Source: Spirochaetia bacterium
GTDB lineage: Bacteria; Spirochaetota; Spirochaetia; PWKH01
DNA length: 56,310 nucleotides
Assembly: GCA_007116075.1 (NCBI GenBank)
Contig: SKJE01000051.1
Span: forward strand, 1-56,310
Reading direction: 5' to 3'
A program made the translations under genes and the position numbers. Positions 1-10,095 of the stretch are shown here, piece after piece; the stretch's first letter is position 1; the number at the start of each line of letters is the position of its first letter. The notes beneath the pieces are model-generated. The model ran no database searches. It was not told where the DNA came from and worked only from the letters and a program-made list of their open reading frames with translations.

Positions 1-1470
1 CTCTTCAGACCAGGTTCGCTGTCGGTCACTGACCATTTGGCTCTTCATCTGATGAAAGTACTTCTCCTGCTCATCACGAAGATTATAGGTAGCAAGTACC
101 TCCATTGCACTCATAGTCAGCTTATGGCTCGTAATAGAAAAGAAGCCGGAAAGTTCTTTTGCTTTGTTGATTTTATCATCATTTCTCCTGTAGCCGGTAA
201 TTCTATTTATCTGTGAATCATATGCTACCTGAAAGTATGTGAATGTTTTCTTTATCTCAGCTGCATGGTAAGGAGAATCCTGGCCGATGAGCTCATCTAG
301 TTCCTCCTGCATATCATAAAGATCATCGGCAAGCTTTTTCAGTTCAAGAGTCCTGCGTATCGGATCGAAATAGATATTTACACAGAGATTTTTTGCATGT
401 CTTATTGATCCAGCCTTGGTACTCCGTATCGCATACTCAACGTTCTGCTGGAAAAAATAGATGCCGGCTTTCCGATCATAACTCATCTCTTGAGGATTAT
501 CGGTAAACGGAGTAAATGACTTGATGATATCCTTCACCAAAGCCTGCTGAACCTTGGTGCACATGATCATAGCCTTCCCTTTCAGGATATAGGTCTCAAG
601 AGTTTCTATCTTCTCGTACCCCCTGTCCGTTACCAAGATGATGTCAGGAAACCCTGCATCATCAAGATCCTTGAAGATGGTTCTCAAAGATCTGCTGTCA
701 AGCATGTTTCCGGGAAATGTCCGGTAGTATACCGGAATATGAGTGCTTAATGAGTAGACGACTACTTCATTGGTCTGGGGAAGGCTCAAACCTTCCTTGT
801 TCTTTCCCCATCGTATGTCTGCAAGAGCTTTCCCATATGCAGACCGTGAAGTGGAATCAACCGCGCAGACCTCGCCTTCTGCTAGACGACCCATACGCAA
901 CCGTAATAGCTCCATTCTATGCTGGTCAGTGATATTCTGAGTCAGATGGGTAATGACTGACGGATACAAGGGTCTGTCTGAAGGACATTTCACAATCCGC
1001 TGCCAGTGTTCAACTCGGTTGTACGTAAACCCTGTAACATAGGGGAACATGGCGAGGGTAAGGATATCGTTAACCAAGGCCTTATTACCATCAAATACGG
1101 TCAGAAGATCTTTACGGATACCGCTCACTTCAGCAATCTGTTCAAGAAGCCAGATGTGGCCATACAAGCGGTTTTTCTCATCCCCTGACGATAACGGTCT
1201 TCCTGGAGCAGGATGAACCTGCTTAAAAGCGGCCGTTATGTCCCATTCGGGAGGAAAGACGAAAGAAGACCGCTCTTGTTCCGAAGCATAAAGAAACTTG
1301 TGATTCGGAATGAATTCCAGGTTATCGCTGACTGTCCCAAAGTGAACAGATCGGTATCGTTTCTCACCTGAATCAGTCTCATAAGGGACCTGAGCCCTGG
1401 CATATCGGTACCCCTGATTGACATGAAGCTTGATGTAAATCTTATCGTCATTCCTTGGCGTCCTGGACAT
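1..1470 (-). mobile_element. IS4-superfamily (IS1634-like) DDE transposase gene, 3' end cut by the window edge
   Basis: There is an uninterrupted reverse-strand frame from the ATG at 1470 to base 1 (490 codons). It is absent from the ORF track because no stop lies inside the window. The product starts MSRTPRNDDKIYIKLHVNQGYRYA. It carries acidic motifs AVDSTS and LVTDRGY, and YNLRDEQEKYFHQMK, which fits the IS4 Y(2)R(3)E(6)K signature. The short + strand ORFs at 717-932 and 1006-1188 and the - strand ORF at 1236-1451 are off-frame artefacts inside it. Confidence 0.8.
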
Positions 1471-1575
1471 AAACACCTCTCATATTTATAGCTAATTGTA
1501 CTATTTATATGAGAAATTGTAAAGCTCTATTTTGTTAAATAGGAAAGATTTGTACTATTTCTAGTACAGTTTTAT

Positions 1576-2064
1576 TTAAAACTCACGTGGAAAGAGTTTC
1601 CTGGTGAGCTCAGCAATTTTTTTCCCCATTTCCTGAGCATTATTCATGTTGTCCTGAGTAGGTTTACCTGCTGCAAAGGGTCCGTAATGTGGACCAGTTG
1701 TTATACCGGGTATAACCATACCTGAAACCAGCATTGCCATGATAATAGAAAGGTTGGTACTTTCATGCCCAGATCCAAGTCCTCCAGAAGTTGTGAAAGC
1801 TCCACCCACTTTGCCTTCCATCTTGCCGTAGACTGATTCGCTGAGGTCAAAGACTTTTTTTACTTCAGCTGACATGATTCCGAAATAGGTAGGTGATCCT
1901 ATAATTATACCATCAGCCTCCAGCAGATCATCCGTTGTGGTTTCAGAGATTTTTTTTACCAGGCAGATTACTTCCGGCACAGACCTGACCCCGGCAGCAA
2001 CTCCTTGTGCCAGCAGTTCCGTATTTCCTGTTTCGCTATGGTATGAAATAAGTACTGTTGCCAT
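1576..2064 (-). CDS. flavodoxin-family / WrbA-like FMN-dependent oxidoreductase
   Basis: 162 aa. The N-terminus VLISYHSETGNTELLAQ and the motif IIIGSPTYFG are typical flavodoxin-fold FMN-binding motifs. An AAGGAG RBS sits upstream of the ATG. AT-rich spacers lie on both sides. Confidence 0.7.
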   Translation of the reverse strand: MATVLISYHSETGNTELLAQGVAAGVRSVPEVICLVKKISETTTDDLLEADGIIIGSPTYFGIMSAEVKKVFDLSESVYGKMEGKVGGAFTTSGGLGSGHESTNLSIIMAMLVSGMVIPGITTGPHYGPFAAGKPTQDNMNNAQEMGKKIAELTRKLFPREF

Positions 2065-2168
2065 GGTGACTCCTTAACATATTCAGGGCATTAAAGTATA
2101 AACAATAACATAAATTATAGCATATATATTGCCTATATTAAATTTAACTTCTTCTCGAAAATTATAAT

Positions 2169-2770
2169 TCAGTCGAAATTACAGGCCACCTGCTCAGCAT
2201 CAGTCATGGTACGAGCCTGCGGATTGATGGACAGCTGATTGTAGAATTTCTTCTGTTTCCTGGTTATCGGAGTCACATGGCGAGCCTTGCACGCATAGTG
2301 GTACTGATCAATCGGATAAGGTTCCTTTGCGTTTCTGACAAAAAAATTCTAATAAATCATTTAATGACAATGCTTTCTCCAGATGCTAGGCCCATATTTT
2401 TTAGGCAATATAGGGGCTTTGGTCGTAATCTCAAAACCGATGGAGAGAGCTTGTAAGCCGTTCAGATGCAGGTCCTTCCGGTGCAGGAGGGCTGAATCAA
2501 TCAGATTTCGCTCCCTTAATACAGCGATAATCTTTTCCGTTTCGGTGCTGTTGAGGTGAATTGTTTTTAGTTGATAGAGTAGGCTGTCAAGGCCAATGAT
2601 CTGATCTGGCGGTGTTGTATAATCCTATTTTTCACGCTCGAGAGTCCCGGTATCCTCCCAGCAGGTTCATGCCAGGAGTGCTTCATTTTTCCTGTGCTGA
2701 TTCCTGACGTATAGTCGCCCCTGGTTGGATTCCAAAACCGTACATACATGATTCCGTTGCGCTCATACAA
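2169..2770 (-). pseudogene. degraded ORF fragments; the first fragment resembles the N-terminus of a tyrosine (phage-type) integrase
   Basis: A TTG-start ORF at 2567-2770 reads YERNGIMYVRFWNPTRGDYTSGISTGK, the RNG-I-Y-V-R...STGK pattern seen at integrase N-termini. Coherence is then lost. Other frames give TIHLNSTETEKIIAVLRERNLIDSALLH... and ...YHYACKARHVTPITRKQKKFYNQLSI, separated by stops. No intact ORF above 70 aa exists across about 600 bp. Confidence 0.35.
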
Positions 2771-2771
2771 A

Positions 2772-2830
2772 GAAAAACGGCGTCTAATCTCTCCTTTGCA
2801 TGCTGCAGTACAAGAGATAGCGCCGGTTTT
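2772..2830 (-). terminator. candidate rho-independent terminator downstream of ssrA
   Basis: The inverted repeat GGCGTCTAATCTCT (2779-2792) / AGAGATAGCGCC (2813-2824) forms about 12 bp with two bulges. On the reverse strand it is followed by GTTTTTCTTTG. Confidence 0.5.
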
Positions 2831-2889
2831 CGGGTAGATTTTTCTTATAAACCCTTTTTTTATAAGGATTTATTTTTCCTTTTCTTCTT

Positions 2890-3247
2890 TGGAGGTGGCG
2901 GGAATCGAACCCGCGTCCTGATGGGCAAGCCTGAGACATCTACAAGCTTAGTCCAGCTTTGTTATTTCAGGTACCGCTTGAGCAGCTGAACAAGCATTAC
3001 AATACCCTATCCCCTTAATTTCCCGTATCCGGCCAGGGAGGTCCGGAAAGGTAAGTCCTGGGGTTTGTTTCAGACCGTCGGAGACTCAGAACAGCATCTC
3101 CGGGATCCGTAGCCACTATCTACGCAGCTAAAGCAAAATCTGCTTGATTATTGTCAGCAGTTACTTTGTTTTGCCAGTTTTTGGAGTTAGCAGCTCCGCC
3201 TGCAGCCGCAGACTGTACAATCCATCAGTCGAAACCTTGGCACCCCC
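2890..3247 (-). ncRNA. ssrA: tmRNA (transfer-messenger RNA)
   Basis: The reverse strand starts GGGGGTGCCAAGGTTTCGACTGATGG. It ends GCGGGTTCGATTCCCGCCACCTCCA, which is the T-arm plus acceptor. The acceptor contains a G3.U pair. An internal reading frame ends GCT TTA GCT GCG TAG (ALAA-stop). CCA is not encoded. smpB lies immediately upstream. Confidence 0.92.
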
Positions 3248-3264
3248 AAGCATTTCGTACCTAA

Positions 3265-3293
3265 AATATACGTCTTAATTGAGAATAAATCAA
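3265..3293 (-). promoter_or_regulatory. candidate sigma70-type promoter for ssrA
   Basis: The reverse strand reads TTGATT, a 17-nt spacer, then TATATT. The -35 element overlaps the smpB stop codon. The -10 element is about 17 nt upstream of the mature tmRNA 5' end. Confidence 0.5.
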
Positions 3294-3751
3294 TAGCGTT
3301 TCATTGATCTGTCCGCATCACGTTTAAGATCCCGATCCCGGATGGTATCCCGCTTATCATGGGTTTTCTTTCCCCTGGCAAGACCGATTTCAACCTTCAC
3401 TAAACCCCGTTTCAGGTACACCCGGGTAGGGACAAGGGTCAGACCCTTTTCATCCACCTTGCGTTTGAGCCGCTTAATTTCATGTGCATGGGCAAGCAGT
3501 CTTCGCGGACGGGTAGGTTCATGGTTTTCTATCGTACCCAGGGCATAGGGGGAGATATGAAATCCCTCAAGGACTAAGTTGCTTCTTTTATCAATCTTCA
3601 CATAGGAGTCGCTGAAGGAGAAGGAATTCTTCCTGATGGATTTCACCTCAGTTCCCGCCAGGGATATCCCGCACTCAATGGTCTCAATAATTTCGTAGTT
3701 GAAGAACGCCTTCTTATTTCGCTGCAGCTGTTTGATGCCTTCATCTGACAT
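3290..3751 (-). CDS. smpB: SsrA-binding protein SmpB
   Basis: The sequence KKAFFNYEIIETIECGISLAGTEVKSIR...LLAHAHEIKRL is a typical SmpB sequence. I prefer the start at MSDEG (3751), which has a GGAGAGGAAG RBS. The track ORF start at 3799 would overlap the upstream gene. Confidence 0.9.
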   Translation of the reverse strand: MSDEGIKQLQRNKKAFFNYEIIETIECGISLAGTEVKSIRKNSFSFSDSYVKIDKRSNLVLEGFHISPYALGTIENHEPTRPRRLLAHAHEIKRLKRKVDEKGLTLVPTRVYLKRGLVKVEIGLARGKKTHDKRDTIRDRDLKRDADRSMKRY

Positions 3752-3753
3752 AG

Positions 3754-4944
3754 TTACTTCCTCTCCAATACCAGCCGAAACCCCGTTACCGGGGAACACA
3801 TGCTTTCAGGCATGGATGCGGTCTGGTCACTTGACCCGCCCCTGAGCACACGATGCACTGCAGGTTGTGAGAACTTCGGTCCCTCCTGGGCATACCGGGG
3901 TGTACCGGGATAGAAGGGAGTTTCGCTCCACTGCCAGAGTTTTCCCAACTGAAAAAGCTCTGCGGCTGCATCATACTGGACTGCCAGGGGAAGGGATATC
4001 CTGTACTGGGGATACTGTTCATCCAGCCACGAAGCAAAGGCACGAGCAGCATACCAGGACACCTGCAATACTGCCCGGCTGGATATCTCCGGAAGGTAGT
4101 GGAGGTACGTATCATCCGCAAGGTTTGAGTCAATCAGCTGACGCTTGTTTTCACCAGACCAGAAGGGCTCATCTTCGGTGAATTCGAGAAACAGATTCCG
4201 GGAAACCAGTTCTGTAGATATATAGTAGGGTGACAGCTCAGTCCCACCTACATGGATAAACCCGATATCACGTCCGGGAAGCCTGATCTGTTCATCGGAA
4301 TAGACTCCGGAGAAATCGAAGCTCTCCTCCGCAGCAGCTGGTACCGGTATCTCGAGGGTTTCGGCAAAGGTTAAGATATCCTCCTCAATCACATCCGAAG
4401 AGGCCAGTCTCGGCAGCAGGGACACAAATTCACCAAACGCTCGGGTGTCCTTCACTTCAGGTGTATTCATGAGATCACTTGCGGTATCGGCAAGGATACC
4501 GGGATACCGGTATGTTGATGAATAATTGGTGATCATGGACCATTGGTACAGGTCCTGCAGTCTCCATGCCAGATATCCCGCAGGATCATCCAGCTTGAGG
4601 GTATACGAAAGGGTGTGCTTTCTGGGAGCAAGCAGTGTAAATAAAAGTCTTCCGGGTATCTCTTCAGTTGCTTCCAGAGTTGTATAGTAGGGTTTTTCTA
4701 TTGACAGCTGCTGCTGACCCCGGGGTATGAATACCTCCAGAGGTGTACTTCCTACGTACTGGTCGGCTACAAATACCGCAGCCCCCGGGGCATCGGTCAA
4801 AATAGTAACCTGCGCGCCATGGCGGCGTATGCCCGGTAGAGCAAAGAGCAGAAAGAGTACAAGTACAAGCACCAGCAGGGCTCCGATCGTAATAACCACG
4901 CCCCGCCGGATCCCGAAGAGGGTGTTTGATCCGGTCGATTTCAT
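3754..4944 (-). CDS. membrane-anchored PEGA-domain / FGE-sulfatase (SUMF1-EgtB-PvdO-like) domain protein
   Basis: There is an N-terminal TM helix (VVITIGALLVLVLVLFLLFAL). A PEGA-like stretch follows (GAAVFVADQYVGSTPLEVFIP). The C-terminus carries SWYAARAFASWL, RVLRGGS and GFRLVL motifs of the FGE-sulfatase fold. Confidence 0.6.
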   Translation of the reverse strand: MKSTGSNTLFGIRRGVVITIGALLVLVLVLFLLFALPGIRRHGAQVTILTDAPGAAVFVADQYVGSTPLEVFIPRGQQQLSIEKPYYTTLEATEEIPGRLLFTLLAPRKHTLSYTLKLDDPAGYLAWRLQDLYQWSMITNYSSTYRYPGILADTASDLMNTPEVKDTRAFGEFVSLLPRLASSDVIEEDILTFAETLEIPVPAAAEESFDFSGVYSDEQIRLPGRDIGFIHVGGTELSPYYISTELVSRNLFLEFTEDEPFWSGENKRQLIDSNLADDTYLHYLPEISSRAVLQVSWYAARAFASWLDEQYPQYRISLPLAVQYDAAAELFQLGKLWQWSETPFYPGTPRYAQEGPKFSQPAVHRVLRGGSSDQTASMPESMCSPVTGFRLVLERK

Positions 4945-5009
4945 AAAGTAGAGAGTAATGATGGGGGCTTAACTTGTCAATGCACCGATAATATGGTACG
5001 AAGAAGACC

Positions 5010-6005
5010 ATGAACAGCACATGGAACAGCTACCTGGAGTGGATTGAATCCACTGCCGATACCCTCATAACCCGCAGGCGAGTGAGAATTGAGAAAAAGA
5101 AACTCAAGGAGAAGGCCAAGGGTCAATTTCGTGAATGGGTTGAAGCAATCCTCTGGGCAGTACTGTGGGTGCTGCTGATCAACCAGTTTATCTTCCAGCT
5201 CTACCAGATTCCCTCTTCTTCTATGGAACATACCCTTGATATCGGTGACAGGCTCTTTGTGAATAAGATGATCTACGGACCCCAGATCTATCCTGGGGGA
5301 CCGAAGTTTCTCGATCATCGTGACCCAGAACGTTATGAAGTCATCATCTTTGAGAATCCGGCCTATGTTTCCCGGGGACCGATGTTTGACCTGGTCAACA
5401 GGGTGGTCTACATGCTTACCCTCTCATTGGTAAACCTGGACCGGGATGAGGACGGGGAACCTAGAGCCCAGCTCTATGTCAAACGTGCTGCAGCCGCCGA
5501 AGGTGATCGGGCGGTATTCCGCAATGGTGAACTCTACGTACAGCCCCCCGGATTTTCCGAACCGGTCTGGGAGAGGGATCTACGCGAGATAGCTGGAAGC
5601 AGCTATGAGTCCAAGAGGCTGCTGGGAGATACGAACTACCGGTTCTTTGAACTTACCGCACGTCAGCGGGCATACGAGTATGCAGGGCTGCGTCTTTCCT
5701 CCCAGGACCAGCAGGAGCTCCAGTCAATCGGAAACCGTTCATCTTCATTGGTGGACTTCTACCAGTTTACGAAGGATCAGCACTATGAGCTGATGAGTCT
5801 CTTTCCTGAGCAGCAGTCGGTAAGAAATGAGTTCTACCGCCATGAGAACGGCTATCATATACCAGCGGACCACATATTTCCTATCGGCGACAACCGGGAC
5901 AACTCAATTGACGGACGCTATTTTGGTCCGGTACCCCATGAAAAGGTGCTCGGAAAGGCTGACGTGATTTTCTGGCCGATATCCCGGGTTTCAGTAATCA
6001 GATGA
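5010..6005 (+). CDS. lepB: signal peptidase I
   Basis: There is a TM segment, then the SSSMEHTL catalytic Ser box and the GDNRDNSIDGRYFG box. Confidence 0.88.
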   Translation: MNSTWNSYLEWIESTADTLITRRRVRIEKKKLKEKAKGQFREWVEAILWAVLWVLLINQFIFQLYQIPSSSMEHTLDIGDRLFVNKMIYGPQIYPGGPKFLDHRDPERYEVIIFENPAYVSRGPMFDLVNRVVYMLTLSLVNLDRDEDGEPRAQLYVKRAAAAEGDRAVFRNGELYVQPPGFSEPVWERDLREIAGSSYESKRLLGDTNYRFFELTARQRAYEYAGLRLSSQDQQELQSIGNRSSSLVDFYQFTKDQHYELMSLFPEQQSVRNEFYRHENGYHIPADHIFPIGDNRDNSIDGRYFGPVPHEKVLGKADVIFWPISRVSVIR

Positions 6006-7159
6006 TCATAAACCCGCGGGAGGTTCTCTCCCGGACAGAAACTGCTTCTCTCTACATCCATATACCCTTCTGCATCTCCCGTTGCAGCTACTGCGCATTC
6101 TTTTCAACCGTTGATGATGCATCACTCAGGAGATCCTACATAGAACGGGTGATACATGAGCTGCATGCTCTGACATGCAGAGATGTACCCTCCATCTATA
6201 TCGGGGGAGGAGATCCCTCCACGCTTCAGCTTGAAGAACTCTCTGGTTTGCTGAAAGCACTCGAACCATTCAGTGCCACTGCTCAGGAAATTACGATTGA
6301 GATGAATCCAGAGGGTATCACCCATGAGAAGCTTCATCTGCTGGAGAGATCCCCTGTCACCCGCATCAGTATGGGTATCCAGTCCTTCGACCCCATGGTC
6401 CGTTCCCTCCTCACACGTCGCGGCACCACAAATCAGGTGTTCTCCGCACTCGACAGTGTAAGAAGACTCACATCGCTGAAGCTCAGTGCAGATATTATTA
6501 CTGCAGTTGAGGGTACCGATCCATCCCTCACCCTGAGGGATCTCAACGTGCTTATCGATCACAGTACTCCCGAGCATATATCCGTCTATGAGCTGGATAT
6601 TGAAGAGGGAACAGATCTGGAGAAGCAGGGTAGTGCTCCCTCGGAGCATGACCACCTGACTCCTGCATGGCAGCTGCTTCATGAGAGGGGATATGACCAT
6701 TATGAGCTGTCAAACTTCTGCCTTCCGGGTTATCATGGGATACATAACCTCCGGTACTGGGATCTGAAGCCCTATATCGGCATAGGCTGTTCTGCTGTTT
6801 CCACCATAGAAACTGACGGGCGATACGTGAGAGTAACCGGGATTCATGATGTCAGCAGATTTATCAGTGAAGGGATGGATGCGTCAACTGTTGAATATAT
6901 TGACCCACCCACCCTGTTCAGGGAATTGATTATGGTGTCCCTGCGCACCCGTAAAGGGATTCCCCTCGAAAGGATTGCGAAAGAATTTGGTTTTGATGCT
7001 GCCCAGGCTGTGAAAGATCATTGCAGTCCTTTGGAGGGGAGGGGCATCATGAAGGGCAGCGCCCTCACCCAGGAAGGAATGCTGTTTATCAATGAGGTAA
7101 CTGTCGGCTTTTTCGAACTGGCTGACAGTCTGGATATAAAAGATTTACCGAAGTATTGA
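6002..7159 (+). CDS. hemW: radical SAM heme chaperone HemW (HemN-like family)
   Basis: LYIHIPFCISRCSYCAF is the CxxxCxxC radical SAM motif in the HemN/HemW context. 385 aa. The start forms an ATGA overlap with the lepB stop. Confidence 0.85.
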   Translation: MIINPREVLSRTETASLYIHIPFCISRCSYCAFFSTVDDASLRRSYIERVIHELHALTCRDVPSIYIGGGDPSTLQLEELSGLLKALEPFSATAQEITIEMNPEGITHEKLHLLERSPVTRISMGIQSFDPMVRSLLTRRGTTNQVFSALDSVRRLTSLKLSADIITAVEGTDPSLTLRDLNVLIDHSTPEHISVYELDIEEGTDLEKQGSAPSEHDHLTPAWQLLHERGYDHYELSNFCLPGYHGIHNLRYWDLKPYIGIGCSAVSTIETDGRYVRVTGIHDVSRFISEGMDASTVEYIDPPTLFRELIMVSLRTRKGIPLERIAKEFGFDAAQAVKDHCSPLEGRGIMKGSALTQEGMLFINEVTVGFFELADSLDIKDLPKY

Positions 7160-7226
7160 CAGCTATTTTTATACTGTGGTACTTTTTGCTCTGCAAGTTG
7201 AAAGGCCACGCAAGGAGCGATAATTC

Positions 7227-7976
7227 ATGTCAGGACATAGTAAATGGGCGACCATACGCCATAAAAAAGGTGCACAGGACGCAAAACGGGGCAAGATCTT
7301 CACTAAATTGATCAAGGAGATCACCGTATCCGCAAAACTGGGGGGAGGAGAAATCGAATCGAATCCCAGGCTCAGGACTGCGATACTGAAGGCAAAAACC
7401 GAAAATATGCCCAAGGACAACATTGATCGGGCGATTAAGAAGGGGACCGGAGAGCTTGAGGGAGTTGAATATGTTGAACTCACCTATGAGGCCTATGGAC
7501 CCGGTGGTGTAGCAATTCTTATCGATGCAATGACCGACAATAAGAACAGGACCGCTGCAGATGTAAGAAGCATGCTGACCAAGAACGGCGGGAACCTGGG
7601 CGAGACAGGATGTGTGTCCTATCTTTTTCAGCGAAAGGGAATCATTACCTTTGACGCATCCCAGTACAGCGAAGATGAAATCTTTGAGGCAGCCCTTGAA
7701 TCAGGTGCAGAGGATGTATCAACCCAGGGTGATGAATTTGAAGTAATGACCGCCCCGGAGGATTTTGCCGATGTCCTCGAGACGATGCAGAAACAGGGTT
7801 TTACCGAAAACTCATCGGAAATAACCCGGGTACCAGATGCTTTGACCGCGCTGGACAATGAAAAGACCGCAAAGGCCCTGCGGCTCATCGAACGGCTGGA
7901 CGACATGGATGACGTGCAGTATGTTTCAACTAACCTCGATATCCCCGACGACTTTGATCCTGAGGAGTATCTCTAA
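7227..7976 (+). CDS. yebC: YebC/PmpR family DNA-binding transcriptional regulator
   Basis: [32 protein letters not shown] is the hallmark N-terminus of this family. 249 aa. Confidence 0.92.
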   Translation: MSGHSKWATIRHKKGAQDAKRGKIFTKLIKEITVSAKLGGGEIESNPRLRTAILKAKTENMPKDNIDRAIKKGTGELEGVEYVELTYEAYGPGGVAILIDAMTDNKNRTAADVRSMLTKNGGNLGETGCVSYLFQRKGIITFDASQYSEDEIFEAALESGAEDVSTQGDEFEVMTAPEDFADVLETMQKQGFTENSSEITRVPDALTALDNEKTAKALRLIERLDDMDDVQYVSTNLDIPDDFDPEEYL

Positions 7977-7982
7977 CATATC

Positions 7983-8474
7983 ATGCAGGTATTGGGAATT
8001 GATCCGGGTATTGCCGCAACTGGTTGGGGAATTGTATCCCTCTCCTCGGGAAAACTGACCGCCAGGGCCAGCGGCACAATTTCCACGACCACTGAACTCC
8101 CCCTGGAACAGCGAATTATTACGATAACCAATGAAATAACCGCACTGTTTCACCAGTACCGGGTAGATGCCCTGAGCATTGAGGATATTTTCTTCCTGCG
8201 CAATGTATCCAGTGCCATTCCAGTTGCCAAGGTCATCGGTGCGGTGATCCACCTTACAAGCCTTCAGGGAGTTCCCTTTTTCTGTTATACTCCCTTACAG
8301 ATTAAACTCGCCCTGACAGGTATGGGCAAGGCTTCTAAATCCCAGGTTGAGCAGATGGTTTCCTTCCTGCTCGGGCTGAGGGAGGGAGAGGCGCTCAGTC
8401 ACGCCTCGGACGCCCTCGCTGCAGCTGTCTGCCATATCCATACCTATCAGGGAAACAGGAGTATACAACCATGA
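7983..8474 (+). CDS. ruvC: crossover junction endodeoxyribonuclease RuvC
   Basis: The N-terminus VLGIDPGIAATGWGIV is characteristic. 163 aa. The gene sits directly upstream of ruvA-ruvB. Confidence 0.9.
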   Translation: MQVLGIDPGIAATGWGIVSLSSGKLTARASGTISTTTELPLEQRIITITNEITALFHQYRVDALSIEDIFFLRNVSSAIPVAKVIGAVIHLTSLQGVPFFCYTPLQIKLALTGMGKASKSQVEQMVSFLLGLREGEALSHASDALAAAVCHIHTYQGNRSIQP

Positions 8475-9061
8475 TACACAGCCTTACCGGGCGAATCACC
8501 GGAAAGCTTGAAGGTCATCTGCTGCTCTCCAGCGGTCCCGTCGAGTGGACCCTTACTGTATCAAACTCGACCCTCTCTTCTTTACCGGAAGTAGGTGAGA
8601 CCTGCCGGGTCCTGACCTACCTCCATCATCGGGAGGATCAGTTCTACCTTGTGGGATTTGCTGATGAATCTGAGCGTGAACTCTTTTCTGATCTCATCGG
8701 TGTATCCGGGATCGGCCCGAAACAGGCGGTAAAGATTCTTTCAGGGATGAATGCAAAACTCCTTACCGAAGCGATCACCCAGGAGGATCTGCTTACCCTT
8801 TCCAAAATACCGGGTCTGGGAAAGAAGACAGCCCAGAAGATTATCCTCGCGTTGAAGGGTACCCTAGTGGACCAGCAGAAAGAGTCCTCCGGCCACATGG
8901 AGACCAATGACCTCATTGAAGCCCTAGTGCAGATGGGCTATGATCGTCAGCAGGTACGCAGGGCGCTCCAGGAGGTAACTTCCCGTGCTGATACTGCGGG
9001 GATGGATACCGCACTGCGGGAAGCGCATCTCATGAAAGAGGCGATCAGGCTGCTGAGCTAG
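8471..9061 (+). CDS. ruvA: Holliday junction branch migration protein RuvA
   Basis: 196 aa. HhH motifs are present ([23 protein letters not shown]). The start overlaps the ruvC stop. Confidence 0.88.
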   Translation: MIHSLTGRITGKLEGHLLLSSGPVEWTLTVSNSTLSSLPEVGETCRVLTYLHHREDQFYLVGFADESERELFSDLIGVSGIGPKQAVKILSGMNAKLLTEAITQEDLLTLSKIPGLGKKTAQKIILALKGTLVDQQKESSGHMETNDLIEALVQMGYDRQQVRRALQEVTSRADTAGMDTALREAHLMKEAIRLLS

Positions 9062-9069
9062 GGGAAACT

Positions 9070-10095
9070 ATGGAAGAATCAATCATGTCCCAGGAATTAA
9101 AAGAAGAGGATGTACAGGATCAGGCGCTTCGACCGAAATTGCTGAAGGACTTTCAGGGGCAGAAGGATCTCAAGGAAAACCTGCGTATCTTCATCGACGC
9201 TTCCCTTCAACGCAAGGAGCCCCTGGATCATGTTTTTATTTCAGGTCCCCCCGGTCTGGGTAAGACCACCATTGCCTCAATCATCGCCAACGAAATGGGA
9301 GGGGAAATGAAAGCCACGTCGGCTCCTGCCCTGGAAAAGGCGAAGGACCTGGCGGGCATTCTGACCACCCTGCAGGAGAACAGTGTGCTCTTTATTGATG
9401 AGGTGCACCGGCTCAAACCCGCCCTTGAGGAGATTCTCTATATTGCCATGGAGGACTTTGAGCTTGACTGGATTATTGGTCAGGGACCGACTGCCCGGAC
9501 GGTGAGAATTCCCCTTCCGAGGTTCACCCTGATCGGTGCGACCACCAAGACCGGACAGGTTGCAGCCCCGCTTCATACCCGCTTCGGCATCAACTTCAGG
9601 ATCGGGTTCTACAGCCCAAAGGAGCTCTACCATGTACTGGACCGCTCTTCAAAAATCCTGGATACCAACATAACCCGGGATGCTGTGGAGATGCTTTCCC
9701 GATGTTCCAGGGGAACCCCCCGGGTTGCCAACCGACTGCTGCGGCGTCTTCGGGACTATGCCCAGATTCTCTCAGACGGAGTGATCACCAAGGATATTGT
9801 ACATCACGGCCTGGATAAGCTTGGTATAGATACCTATGGACTCGAGGAACAGGACAGACGGATACTCTCATCGATTATCCACAGCTTTGATGGAGGTCCA
9901 GTGGGGGCTGAAACCCTTGCTATCTCGGTCGGTGAAGCCATCGAATCTCTGGAAGATTTTTACGAACCCTTTATGATACAGCAGGGATTTCTCCAGCGAA
10001 CTCCCCGGGGACGGGTGGCCACAAAAAAGGCCTATAAACTCTTCAAGATAGACAGACCACAGGAGGACCATGAAGACCAGGGACTTCTTTTTTGA
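9070..10095 (+). CDS. ruvB: Holliday junction DNA helicase RuvB
   Basis: [12 protein letters not shown], Walker [10 protein letters not shown], the LFIDEVHRL box and [12 protein letters not shown] are all present. Confidence 0.93.
   Translation: MEESIMSQELKEEDVQDQALRPKLLKDFQGQKDLKENLRIFIDASLQRKEPLDHVFISGPPGLGKTTIASIIANEMGGEMKATSAPALEKAKDLAGILTTLQENSVLFIDEVHRLKPALEEILYIAMEDFELDWIIGQGPTARTVRIPLPRFTLIGATTKTGQVAAPLHTRFGINFRIGFYSPKELYHVLDRSSKILDTNITRDAVEMLSRCSRGTPRVANRLLRRLRDYAQILSDGVITKDIVHHGLDKLGIDTYGLEEQDRRILSSIIHSFDGGPVGAETLAISVGEAIESLEDFYEPFMIQQGFLQRTPRGRVATKKAYKLFKIDRPQEDHEDQGLLF

Noticed and set aside
3752-3799. Upstream extension of smpB (MFPGNGVSAGIGEEVT)
   Set aside because: It overlaps the end of the preceding CDS. 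The internal ATG at 3751 has a strong RBS and gives a normal SmpB length.
7156-7185. TTGACA upstream of yebC as a promoter
   Set aside because: The -35 is perfect, but the best -10 at proper spacing (TACTTT after TGG) matches only 3/6. This is too weak to list as a feature.
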